Shown piece by piece: positions 1 through 8,185 of a stretch of 64,000 nucleotides of DNA (the first letter of the stretch is position 1; every line of letters begins with the position of its first letter). The DNA comes from Actinomycetes bacterium (GTDB taxonomy: Bacteria > Actinomycetota > Acidimicrobiia > Acidimicrobiales > Ilumatobacteraceae). The stretch lies in the NCBI GenBank assembly GCA_031360915.1, contig JANMCE010000123.1, positions 3,168 to 67,167 of the forward strand, given 5' to 3'. The notes beneath the pieces are model-generated. The model worked only from the letters and a program-made list of their open reading frames with translations. It made no database searches and was not told the origin of the DNA. Both the position numbers and the translations under genes were made by a program.

Positions 1-1
1 A

Positions 2-589
2 GTCGTTCCCTACCGACTCGCCGAACTGATCTTGGATCGTGACCGCACCTGCCGGAACCCCGCCTGCCACTCCACCCGCGGACTCGAAGTCCACCACCTC
101 GTCCACTGGACTGACGGCGGACCCACCAACCCCGCCAACCTCGGCTGCCTCTGCCGACACTGCCACCGCGACCACCACAAAGGAAAGTTCGGTATCACCG
201 GTAACGCCGAACAACCCAGCGGACTCACCTTCACCAAACCCAACGGCGACACCATCGAACCCTGCGGCACCCCCAACCCCCCAACCGCCGACCTCCCCAC
301 ATCGAACAAGCCCTACCAGCATCCCCTCGGCGAACCCTTCAACCACCACGACCTCACCTTCAACCCGCCACCCTCCAACACACCACGCGTCACACCCCAA
401 CCCATGCGTGAACCATTCTCAAAACCGTGGATAGCGCAGCCGATCGTGCCGCCAGCGGCCGACGTGTACGAACCCACCCCCGCCGACATCACCCGATGGG
501 CCCAAGAACGCCAAGCGTTCTTCGACGAACAGCGGCGGCTTGTGCGGGCAGAATTCCAAGACATAGAACGTCTCGAGCACGCCAACTAA
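2..589 (+). CDS. HNH endonuclease, 3' portion (5' end lies left of the window)
   Basis: The frame is open from nt 2. RDRTCRNPAC...LEVHHLVHWTDGGPTNPANLGCLCRHCHRDHHKG is the Cys/His HNH signature of actinobacterial DUF222/13E12-type proteins. Pro/Thr-rich tail; TAA at 587-589. Confidence 0.8.
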   Translation, partial: VVPYRLAELILDRDRTCRNPACHSTRGLEVHHLVHWTDGGPTNPANLGCLCRHCHRDHHKGKFGITGNAEQPSGLTFTKPNGDTIEPCGTPNPPTADLPTSNKPYQHPLGEPFNHHDLTFNPPPSNTPRVTPQPMREPFSKPWIAQPIVPPAADVYEPTPADITRWAQERQAFFDEQRRLVRAEFQDIERLEHAN

Positions 590-669
590 ATCAAGCGCGA
601 CGAACGCATCCCTGCCGCGCCTAGCGCCTGCGTTGATCCCAGCCACCACTTGTGCCCTTGTAGGCTTCG

Positions 670-1312
670 TTGACGGTGGGGCCAAAGGCGGAGGATCACG
701 TACAGCACGGCCCGTCGAACTACTTTGTGTTGGAAGAAACGAACGGGGTCGTGGCGTACGCCACGGGCGGGACCGACGCACGAGCGCAGCGGTCGTTGAT
801 CTCCGATCTGCTGCTCCAGACCGAGATCACCTATTCCTCAACCGTTGGCGGCGAGCTGCTGACGGACATCGGCTGGTTCCGAAGCGCCGTACCGTTCGCT
901 CCCGCTCGAGCGAGGTCTATTCTCGCAGGAACGCATCTCCTGGCCGATGCAAACGGCTACTTCCCGGCCGGATCCGGCTACGGCGCCCTCGTACCGGCGC
1001 GGCTGATGGATACCAGCGGACCGGGCACGGTGGACGGCCAATATTGGTCTCCAATCCTGGGACTCGTAGACGGAGCTCGTTGTAGCCCGGCGTGGGGGTG
1101 TGCCGCCTGATGCGGCAGCGGTCGTGCTCAACCTTACGGCTACGGGAACCCAGGGACCTGGGTACGTGTCGGTGTGGCCCTGCGGTGGGATATCCGGGGT
1201 CGAACTCGGTGCTCAATACCGGGCAGAAGATACGGTCGCCAACGCACAGGCTCCACCTCCACGGATAGTTGCAACCGGGACGACCCGACCACACCGGTGC
1301 CGGGATAGGTAG
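670..1312 (+). pseudogene. Frameshifted remnant of a beta-rich actinobacterial surface-type protein
   Basis: ORF 670-1110 ends ...ALVPARLMDTSGPGTVDGQ. The expected continuation AAAVVLNLTATGTQGPGYVSVWPCG is in another frame (ORF 1100-1312). The module pattern is recalled from memory, not searched. There is no intact frame. Confidence 0.3.
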
Positions 1313-1553
1313 TGGCAACTGCTTGGCCAGCATCGGTAGCCAGCGCTGCTCGCTCTCAACCAGTTCGACCGCTGCGAGGCGTCGGGGCATGCGGACGGTG
1401 AGCTCCTCCCCCAACCTGAAGACCACCTTGTCCCAGCCGTGGCCAACTCCACAAAGGGAGATCGGCAAGGTCATGTCGTTGCTGTTGCAACAATGCGCGC
1501 ACCAACGACGAGTCGACGTTCGCTTCGGCTTCGGGCATGCTCATCGACATCAT
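1265..1553 (-). pseudogene. N-terminal fragment of an aminoglycoside/phosphotransferase (APH)-family gene
   Basis: VDSSLVRALLQQQRHDLADLPL (ORF 1356-1553) and GHGWDKVVFRLGEELTVRMPRRLAAVELVESEQRWLPMLAKQLPLPIPAPV (ORF 917-1474) are consecutive APH N-lobe segments in different frames. The catalytic HGD region is absent. Confidence 0.4.
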
Positions 1554-1605
1554 CGTTCATGCTCCTGCATCTATACGCCTGGCGACCCCGGCACCCGGGC
1601 AGGAA

Positions 1606-3258
1606 TTACATCGCGTTGACGATGGTGCCAAGTCCGGGCGACCGGACCAGGCCGGGGTCGAGGATCAATCGGACTTCGGCCTTGGATGGGTCGACACTGG
1701 CTGTCATGACTTCCCACGCGAGGCTCGCAGCCACAATCGGGGCGGCGAACGAGGTTCCGCTCCAGGTGGCCCAGCCGTTGTACGGCACAACGTCGGTGAT
1801 TCGAGGGTCCCCAACTATCTCTGCCTCGGCCGCGCTGTCGAAGAAGCGGCTGTGAAGATCCGTTCCGGGGGCGCACGCCTGGACCCACGGTCCGAAGTTA
1901 GTGAACCAGGCGGGTCCGCTGCCGTCTAGGGCACCTACGGAAATCACCTCATCGAGTGAGGCGGGCCAGGTGGGTCGGGCGGCCGAGCTGTTTCCTGCTG
2001 ATGCCACGACACTTACATTGGTGCGCCGGTACCCCTTGTCGAACAGCAGGTTTCGGATGACTTCGGCGGTGGCGACGGGCCGATCGTCGTCGGAGCTGTA
2101 ACCGCTGATGGACAGGTTGAGAATGAGCGGTACGGCACCATAGGCAAGTGGATTACTCGTGAGAATCTTCGCCTTGAGATCGGCTACCAGATCATCGAGC
2201 ACCTTCTTGGTGACGATCTTGACGACATCGGGCGAGAAGGCAATGGCGGCCGGGTTCAATCTACCAATCCGGTAGAGAAGAAACTCGATCTCCAGAGCGA
2301 GTTCGGCATCATCGACATCGCCGAAAGAACGCACGGCCCTGTGCAGAACGACCTCGGCGCCGGGGGCGACATGATGGACGAGACCGGCGATGAAGGTGCC
2401 GTGACCAGCGTAAGGATCCAACACGCCATCGTGGTTGTTGTCGCAGTGTTCTTCGTCGTACACCCCCGTTGTCTGAACCGATGCGCGTAGGGCATTGGTT
2501 ATGCCGGTGTCGAGCACCGCGACGATGCACTTTGGGAGGCCGGCCGCGTCAGCAGCAACGGCGTGCCGCGCTGCTACCCGATCTGCGGCAACTTCGAGCG
2601 GTGCCGGACGCGACATCGTGCGACGTGGGGCAAGCAGCGTGGCCGGAACCCGGGTCGCGCTCGTCGGGTAGCCGGTCTGCGCAGCCGCGTAGCCAAGTTG
2701 GAACCACAGCGCCGCATCGCCCGACGGGATTGCGCCCGGCGAAGGGATTGCACCCGGCGAAGGAATCGCGCCCGGCGAAGGGATTGCACCCGGCGAAGGA
2801 ATCGCGCCCGGCGAAGGGGAGCCAACCGCCGAGAGTTGGGTCACGGGGTTGCGGTGCACATCGCCGTCGGCGAAGTAGACGTGGTTTACCTGAGCATTGA
2901 TGCCTCTGCGTTGAAGATCCTCGACCGCCACGAGGGGATCGCCAACCTCGATGAGGAGCGCGAATCCTCCCACCAAAGTCGCAACGAGGGGGGCCGTCTG
3001 CTGGCCGGCGGTGATGACAGCGATGGCTTCAACCAGTTGGGTCGATCGCACGAGCAGTTCGGCCGGACGGAACGCATAGCTGCTCCCGTTCTTATCCGTC
3101 GAGAACCGCACCCGGGTGTCCCACGGCTGCCCTGACCCGCCGTCACCGCTGGCTGGCACTTCGGGCCCATCTGGATTCTTTGGATCCGCAGGCAAGCCCG
3201 CAGTGCCGAAACGTTCCCGGAGAAGTTCGCGTCGTAGAGTCGGTCCTTCGAAGGCCAT
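1606..3258 (-). CDS. S8 (subtilisin-like) serine peptidase, no signal peptide, with a tandem SPGAIP linker
   Basis: Asp/His/Ser triad motifs VAVLDTGI, GHGTFIAGLV and SGTSFAAPIVAA. AGGAG lies 5 nt upstream of ATG 3258. The N-terminus is hydrophilic and about 150 aa of it is unassigned. Confidence 0.9.
   Translation of the reverse strand: MAFEGPTLRRELLRERFGTAGLPADPKNPDGPEVPASGDGGSGQPWDTRVRFSTDKNGSSYAFRPAELLVRSTQLVEAIAVITAGQQTAPLVATLVGGFALLIEVGDPLVAVEDLQRRGINAQVNHVYFADGDVHRNPVTQLSAVGSPSPGAIPSPGAIPSPGAIPSPGAIPSPGAIPSGDAALWFQLGYAAAQTGYPTSATRVPATLLAPRRTMSRPAPLEVAADRVAARHAVAADAAGLPKCIVAVLDTGITNALRASVQTTGVYDEEHCDNNHDGVLDPYAGHGTFIAGLVHHVAPGAEVVLHRAVRSFGDVDDAELALEIEFLLYRIGRLNPAAIAFSPDVVKIVTKKVLDDLVADLKAKILTSNPLAYGAVPLILNLSISGYSSDDDRPVATAEVIRNLLFDKGYRRTNVSVVASAGNSSAARPTWPASLDEVISVGALDGSGPAWFTNFGPWVQACAPGTDLHSRFFDSAAEAEIVGDPRITDVVPYNGWATWSGTSFAAPIVAASLAWEVMTASVDPSKAEVRLILDPGLVRSPGLGTIVNAM
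2714..2821 (-). repeat. In-frame 18-nt tandem repeat (two alternating variants, effectively 36-nt units), 5 full copies plus 1 degenerate copy
   Basis: gcgcccggcgaagggatt / gcacccggcgaaggaatc alternate on the plus strand. On the minus strand they encode (SPGAIP)x5 inside the S8 peptidase. Confidence 0.9.
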
Positions 3259-3293
3259 GATTTCTCCTAAAGTCGTCCAGAGTTCGGGGGCAC

Positions 3294-5999
3294 GTGAAAC
3301 AGAGAGTCAGCTCGAAGCTTCGCGATACACCATCGACCGCTTCTCTTGATAGTAATTCCAATACCGATGTGCAGGTTGCGTACCGGTCACAAGACTTGGT
3401 GCACAGAGATCTCGCTGCTGCTCTCGCTCAGGCGAATGACCTGCTTAACAGCCCTTCCGCCGAGGCGCGAGCGGTAGCGCGTTGGACCATCGGAAAAGTC
3501 CGTTACGAGCAGGGATTCCCCGCCCAGGCTAGAACTCTTATGCGTTCAGCGCTGCAGATTTCCAGTCGGTCGGGTCTGCACCGCGTAGAAGGGGCGGTTT
3601 GGCTGTCGCTCGCCGCCGTCCTGGTCGAAGTTGGGCAGGCTACCGAAGCGCTGAATGCTTTAGACCGAGCCGAGCCATTGGTTGAAGGAATCGAGATTGG
3701 CCGGTTAGTTCAACAGCGAGCTTTTGTCCTGTTCAATCTCGGTGACTGGTCCAAAGCCATCCTCGAAGCAAATCGGGCGCTGCCCTTGATACGTGGTCGC
3801 GCCGATAACGTCGGCGAAGCTCGACTGCTGTTGCTGCGAGGAGTGTGCCACCTGGGCGCTAGCGCACATCACGCAGCCGTAGCCGACTTCCGGGCTGCTG
3901 GACAGCTCGCCGATCGCATAGGTGAACGCCTGATATCTGCGCTGTGCCAACAGAACCTGGGCTGCACCTACGGCCGTCTGGGTGATATCCCCTCCGCTCT
4001 GTCGTGTTTCGAAGAAGCACGGCTTGCGTATCGACGTCACGGCGAGGCCACCCGCCTCCTCACAATTCTCGACACCGATCTTGCCGAAACACTCCTCCTG
4101 GCCGGCCTCACCGGTGAAGCAGTAGATGCCGCCCAACGCTCTGCTGAGTCGGCGGCACTGGCAGGAAACGTGGTCAACGAGGGCGATGCCCGGCTCATGA
4201 TGGCCCGCGCTCTGCTCGCCAACCGCCAGTTCGATGAGGCACAGTCAACCGCTCGAGACGCAGCCAGACTGTTTCGCCGGTCGCGGCGTCCGGGTTGGGC
4301 CCTGTTGGCCGAGTACGTGGCGCTCCAGGGAATCGTTGAGGGATCGCAAGACGACGTACGGCCGCCATTAGCGCTGTTGAAGAAGGCGGCTGGCCTCGCC
4401 GATCGCCTCGCCGCCAACGACTGGCAGAACGAATCTCGCCACGTCCGTACCTATGTCGCCCGCATAGCGATCGCCCGAGGAGATCGGGGCCTCGCTACGG
4501 CTCAACTGCGTGACGTCGTGATGGCAACGCGAGTAGGACACCTCTCGGCACGCGCCAACGCCTATCACGCTGTTGCGCTCACCCGGCTGGCTCACGGTGA
4601 TACCGCTGGTGCGTTGACTGCGGTTCGATCCGGCCTGAGCCTCATCGACCGATTCCGAGCGGTACTGGGTGCGACCGACCTTCGGTCTGCGGTGGCGGTA
4701 CACGGAGTCGAATTGGCTCGGCTCGGATTCCGCATCGCGCTCGCAACCCAGCGCCCAGCGTCGGTCTTTGAATGGAGCGAACGATGGCGCGGCGTATCGC
4801 TGCGGATCCAAGCGGTGAGGCCACCCGATGACGTTGAACTCGCTGCCCTGCTGTCACGACTCCGCAACCTCCACGTCACCCGTCTTCATGGTCGTGACCA
4901 TCAATCTGCGGATGCAAACGCGGACGCAGCTATTGCTCAGGTTGAGGGTGCCATCGCGCTTCGGGTACGGCAGACCGACGCTCAGCACGGACAGGCCGAC
5001 GTGGTTCCGTCGCTACGCACGCTCTCGTCGCAGCTTGAGAGCCGGGTCATGTTGATCTACACCGAGCTCGACGGCGACCTCTGGCTTCAACGAGTGCACC
5101 GAAAGACGTGGCAGCTCCATCCACTCGGAAAGCTCGACGACATAACGTCGGAGAGTTCCTATCTGGCCTCGGCGGTTCGGCGGATGCTCGCGTTCCGCGA
5201 TCTTCCCGAACTCGAGTCAGATGCGCACACTGCGGCACAAGTCGCCGCCAAACATTTAGATGACCTGCTCTTCGGCCGCGTTCAAGAAGCGTGCGGGGGC
5301 GCGCCGATGGTCATCGTCCCGTCCGCTGGTCTCGTCGGAATGCTCTGGCCTGCGCTGCCAACGCTTGAGAATCGCGAGGTCGTGATCGCTCCCAGTATTA
5401 CCGCTTGGTCCACACGGATACTTGCGGCGGAACCGGTGCCGGTGCCGGCGCGAGTGACGCTGGTGGCAGGACCCGACCTTCCCGCGGTACAGGCAGAACT
5501 CACGGCACTTCGACAGGTGCACCGATCGTCGGCGATGTTGCGGGGAAAGCGGGCGACCGTGAAGGCAGTTCTCGCCGCATTCGAAACAGCCGACCTCATA
5601 CACGTCGCGTCGCACGGCACCTTTCGACGCGACAATCCTCTCTTCTCCGCTTTCCGGCTCGCTGACGGCCCGTTGACCGTTTACGAGTTGGAGCGCCTAA
5701 GCCGCGTGCCGCGCTCGATCGTGCTGTCCAGCTGTTCTGCTGGTTCGACAAGCGTGAGACCGGGCGACGAGCTTATGGGCGCGGCGATCGCGTTTCTGCA
5801 TCTCGGCGCTCGGTCATTGATCGCCCCGACTGATGCCGTCGATGACGACCTCACCTCGCACCTCATGTTGCTCGTACACCGGCACATTGCGAGCGGTTCG
5901 TCCTTGGCCACCGCCCTGTCGTTCGCTCAGACAGAAACCAAGCTTTTGGGGCCTCGGGCCTGGGCGAACGCCTGCCTCTTTCTGGCGTTTGGAGCGTAA
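3294..5999 (+). CDS. TPR-repeat protein with a C-terminal CHAT (caspase-like Cys protease) domain
   Basis: The first ~600 aa are Ala/Leu-rich TPR-like helical repeats. The C-terminus has the CHAT His/Cys dyad context (DLIHVASHGTF...RSIVLSSCSAG). The GTG 3294 start is uncertain because it lies only 35 nt from the divergent S8 start. Confidence 0.85.
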   Translation: MKQRVSSKLRDTPSTASLDSNSNTDVQVAYRSQDLVHRDLAAALAQANDLLNSPSAEARAVARWTIGKVRYEQGFPAQARTLMRSALQISSRSGLHRVEGAVWLSLAAVLVEVGQATEALNALDRAEPLVEGIEIGRLVQQRAFVLFNLGDWSKAILEANRALPLIRGRADNVGEARLLLLRGVCHLGASAHHAAVADFRAAGQLADRIGERLISALCQQNLGCTYGRLGDIPSALSCFEEARLAYRRHGEATRLLTILDTDLAETLLLAGLTGEAVDAAQRSAESAALAGNVVNEGDARLMMARALLANRQFDEAQSTARDAARLFRRSRRPGWALLAEYVALQGIVEGSQDDVRPPLALLKKAAGLADRLAANDWQNESRHVRTYVARIAIARGDRGLATAQLRDVVMATRVGHLSARANAYHAVALTRLAHGDTAGALTAVRSGLSLIDRFRAVLGATDLRSAVAVHGVELARLGFRIALATQRPASVFEWSERWRGVSLRIQAVRPPDDVELAALLSRLRNLHVTRLHGRDHQSADANADAAIAQVEGAIALRVRQTDAQHGQADVVPSLRTLSSQLESRVMLIYTELDGDLWLQRVHRKTWQLHPLGKLDDITSESSYLASAVRRMLAFRDLPELESDAHTAAQVAAKHLDDLLFGRVQEACGGAPMVIVPSAGLVGMLWPALPTLENREVVIAPSITAWSTRILAAEPVPVPARVTLVAGPDLPAVQAELTALRQVHRSSAMLRGKRATVKAVLAAFETADLIHVASHGTFRRDNPLFSAFRLADGPLTVYELERLSRVPRSIVLSSCSAGSTSVRPGDELMGAAIAFLHLGARSLIAPTDAVDDDLTSHLMLLVHRHIASGSSLATALSFAQTETKLLGPRAWANACLFLAFGA

Positions 6000-6025
6000 C
6001 GGGCATCGATCGATCCTTGAGATCA

Positions 6026-6514
6026 CTACGGCGCAATGAGAGGGGTGAGGAGGTTCGTCCCATCACTGAGGGTTACGTGCACGCGGAAAGCACCCCGGGG
6101 GCTCTTGGTCTTGAACCGACCGTGTTCGTCGGTTTCGAACGACTCGGTCGGACCGGCGCCGTGTCGCAGCACCACGGCATGAGATCCCGCTGGCGTCACT
6201 TGGCCAATGAGATCGAGGCCGTGTTCGCTGGGTGCTACCTCGATCTGGACCGTCGAGTGTTCACCTCGGAAGATGACGAGTCGCCATTCGAGGTGCTCGG
6301 CCCTGGCAACCATCAGATCAGAAGCCGTGCTGGTGTCCGTCAGCAACACCAACAGCTCTGCGTCGAGATGTCGAAGCGCAAGGAGCGCCGCGGCGCGATC
6401 AACAGCTGCTTCGGTTGGTCCATCGATTTGGTCGATCGTGGCTGCCAAAACACCGAGCAAAAAGTCGGGCTGTCGTGCTTCATTGTTCGCTTCGACATCG
6501 TCACGCATGGCCAA
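6026..6514 (-). CDS. Hypothetical protein co-transcribed with the sigma factor (possible atypical anti-sigma or partner)
   Basis: It overlaps the sigma gene stop by 14 nt on the same strand. It has no TM segment and no zinc anti-sigma motif. The C-terminus (TDEHGRFKTKSPRGAFRVHVTLSDG) has a CarboxypepD_reg-like beta-sandwich pattern. Confidence 0.5.
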   Translation of the reverse strand: MAMRDDVEANNEARQPDFLLGVLAATIDQIDGPTEAAVDRAAALLALRHLDAELLVLLTDTSTASDLMVARAEHLEWRLVIFRGEHSTVQIEVAPSEHGLDLIGQVTPAGSHAVVLRHGAGPTESFETDEHGRFKTKSPRGAFRVHVTLSDGTNLLTPLIAP

Positions 6515-7214
6515 GACCTCCCTCGGCCTGCCGATCGAGGAACACTCTCAACTCTGGTCGGCTTCGCAGCTTTTCCAGACACCGACCCTTGGTTGGGCCA
6601 ATCGAACCGTGTGGAAGCCCGAGAAGTTCGACAATCTCGTCGTAGGACAGGGGAGGGTCCAGGGTTAGGAGACGAAGGATGCTCTGGCACGCTGCCGACA
6701 GGTGCTGGAAGGCCCGCCAGACCGCAACCGAAAGCTCGTTATCCAGCAGGGCTTCGTCCATCGCCTGATAATCGACCAAGGCAACGTCAGGCTCGGCCAC
6801 CGGTACGTACCGGGCACGCGCCTTCACAAACTGGAGCGCCTCGTTTCGGGCGGTCGTCATCAGCCAGCTGACGAGACTGGCCGGCTTCTCGATCTTGTCG
6901 ATGTGTTCGAGCAGTTTCAGCCACGTGTTCGAGAACACATCGTCTCTCGCCTCGACCGACAGCGTGAACGCTCCGATGCCACGATGCAACGCCGGAGACA
7001 GACACCGCACCAGTACGTCCCATGCACTGGCATCACCGCTTCTGATTCGAGCGACAAGCGTCTCAATCTCGGCACCGCTCAGCCGACGAGCAGCGCCAGG
7101 GCGACCCGAAAGCCAGCCGTCGCTACCGTGGTCGCCCTGACCGGGCACCGTTTGGGCGGGCATCGGCAGAGCATAGGTCAAGGGGGGAACCATGAATTTC
7201 GTTTCCAATCTCAC
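6501..7214 (-). CDS. Sigma-70 family, ECF-type RNA polymerase sigma factor
   Basis: Region 2 (DVFSNTWLKLLEHIDKIEKPASLVSWLMTTARNEALQFV) and region 4 HTH (LLTLDPPLSYDEIVELLGLPHGSIGPTKGRCLEKLR). The ~45-aa N-terminal extension means the true start may be internal. Confidence 0.8.
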   Translation of the reverse strand: MRLETKFMVPPLTYALPMPAQTVPGQGDHGSDGWLSGRPGAARRLSGAEIETLVARIRSGDASAWDVLVRCLSPALHRGIGAFTLSVEARDDVFSNTWLKLLEHIDKIEKPASLVSWLMTTARNEALQFVKARARYVPVAEPDVALVDYQAMDEALLDNELSVAVWRAFQHLSAACQSILRLLTLDPPLSYDEIVELLGLPHGSIGPTKGRCLEKLRSRPELRVFLDRQAEGGLGHA

Positions 7215-7320
7215 GTCTGATTTGGCACTGGCGATCTATGGAGTCCTCTCAAAGCCGGTCGATACAAGAGTTCTCGGACGATCACGCAAAACAAGGCCCA
7301 CGGGCCATAGCCTTTTGACC

Positions 7321-7506
7321 ATGGATCCTGTGAACGTCTCGATGGTCGTCGCTTCGCTCTCTACCTGGCCCGACGAATGGCTCCATCGTGCCTCTCGACT
7401 GGTGCGAGCGACGATTGATCGATCGACCGATCGACTAGATGTCGAGGACCTGCGCCAACAGCTCGACCAGTACGAAGGGGAGCGGGCTCGACGCAACGCC
7501 GCCTGA
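7321..7506 (+). CDS. Small hypothetical protein (61 aa from an internal ATG of ORF 7192-7506)
   Basis: It is only an open frame with acceptable codon usage, convergent with the operon end. No motif was recognised. Confidence 0.2.
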   Translation: MDPVNVSMVVASLSTWPDEWLHRASRLVRATIDRSTDRLDVEDLRQQLDQYEGERARRNAA

Positions 7507-7517
7507 GCCCTCGGACA

Positions 7518-7536
7518 GTGGGCTCCGCCAGCCCAC
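7518..7536. terminator. Hairpin between convergent genes (7-bp perfect stem, 5-nt loop)
   Basis: gtgggct-ccgcc-agcccac lies 20 nt downstream of the stop of the last operon gene and 12 nt downstream of ORF 7192-7506. There is no U-tract. Confidence 0.4.
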
Positions 7537-7555
7537 GGCCCTCAGCTTGCACCCG

Positions 7556-7984
7556 TTACGGGTTGCGGATCTCGAAAACCGGACCCTCACCAAAGCCGGC
7601 CATCTCGGTCTTCACACCGTTAACGGCGGTGTGGCTGACCAGGACGACAAGCTTGTAGACGGTGTCGGTGCTCGGGGGCGGCGGCACGCTGTGAGCGGCC
7701 ACGTTGATGATGGCCGAGTAGTTGTTGCCACCGTTGAGCAGCTGCGTCACGGTAGGGCCAATTTGACCCTCGAAGCCGGCACCGATCGACTCGACCAACG
7801 CCCGCACCGTCCAGGTGCCACCGAGGAAAATCACTCCGGGGCCGGACAGCTGCCAATCCACTCGTACCTGAAAGCCGGTGTCCGTGTCGATGACGCGGCT
7901 CGGCATACCTGCCGGATCAATGAGCGTGACCGCGGTAAGCGTGGCGTCAACGTTCATGACCGGTACATCAAAAGTAAGCGACAT
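7556..7984 (-). CDS. Giant-operon gene 7: small (142 aa) hypothetical protein, beta-rich
   Basis: AAGGAG lies 7 nt upstream of ATG 7984. Strong GC3 coding bias and no signal peptide. TAA stop followed by a hairpin. Confidence 0.75.
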   Translation of the reverse strand: MSLTFDVPVMNVDATLTAVTLIDPAGMPSRVIDTDTGFQVRVDWQLSGPGVIFLGGTWTVRALVESIGAGFEGQIGPTVTQLLNGGNNYSAIINVAAHSVPPPPSTDTVYKLVVLVSHTAVNGVKTEMAGFGEGPVFEIRNP

Positions 7985-8040
7985 GCTGTGATCTCCTTGG
8001 GTTGGGGCTGCCGTTTGTCAGCCACTCCACAGATCCTCAA

Positions 8041-8067
8041 GATCGAGAGGAAATACAGAAATCTTCC
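8041..8067 (-). promoter_or_regulatory. Candidate ECF-type promoter in the spacer before gene 7 (GGAAG-N17-CGATC)
   Basis: Minus strand ctGGAAGatttctgtatttcctctCGATC, about 60 nt upstream of ATG 7984. The pattern resembles the site at 29395-29419. Confidence 0.15.
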
Positions 8068-8185
8068 AGAATCTTTTTGACTCCGGATTCCGATCAGTCT
8101 TAAGGGCGACATCCTGTATTTGCGCCGGTCCCCGAGCGGAACACGCCACGGACATTGCCACAAACACTGGTCTCGCCGTGCTCTG

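Noticed and set aside
3294-5999. Type III-E CRISPR (Craspase) context for the TPR-CHAT protein
   Set aside because: There is no repeat-spacer array and no Cas7-11/gRAMP-like or other cas gene anywhere in the window.
8046-8075. Sigma-54-like TGGAAG-N5-TGT element in the gene 6/7 spacer
   Set aside because: It lacks the conserved GC of the -12 element, and the actinobacterial-type background makes RpoN unlikely.
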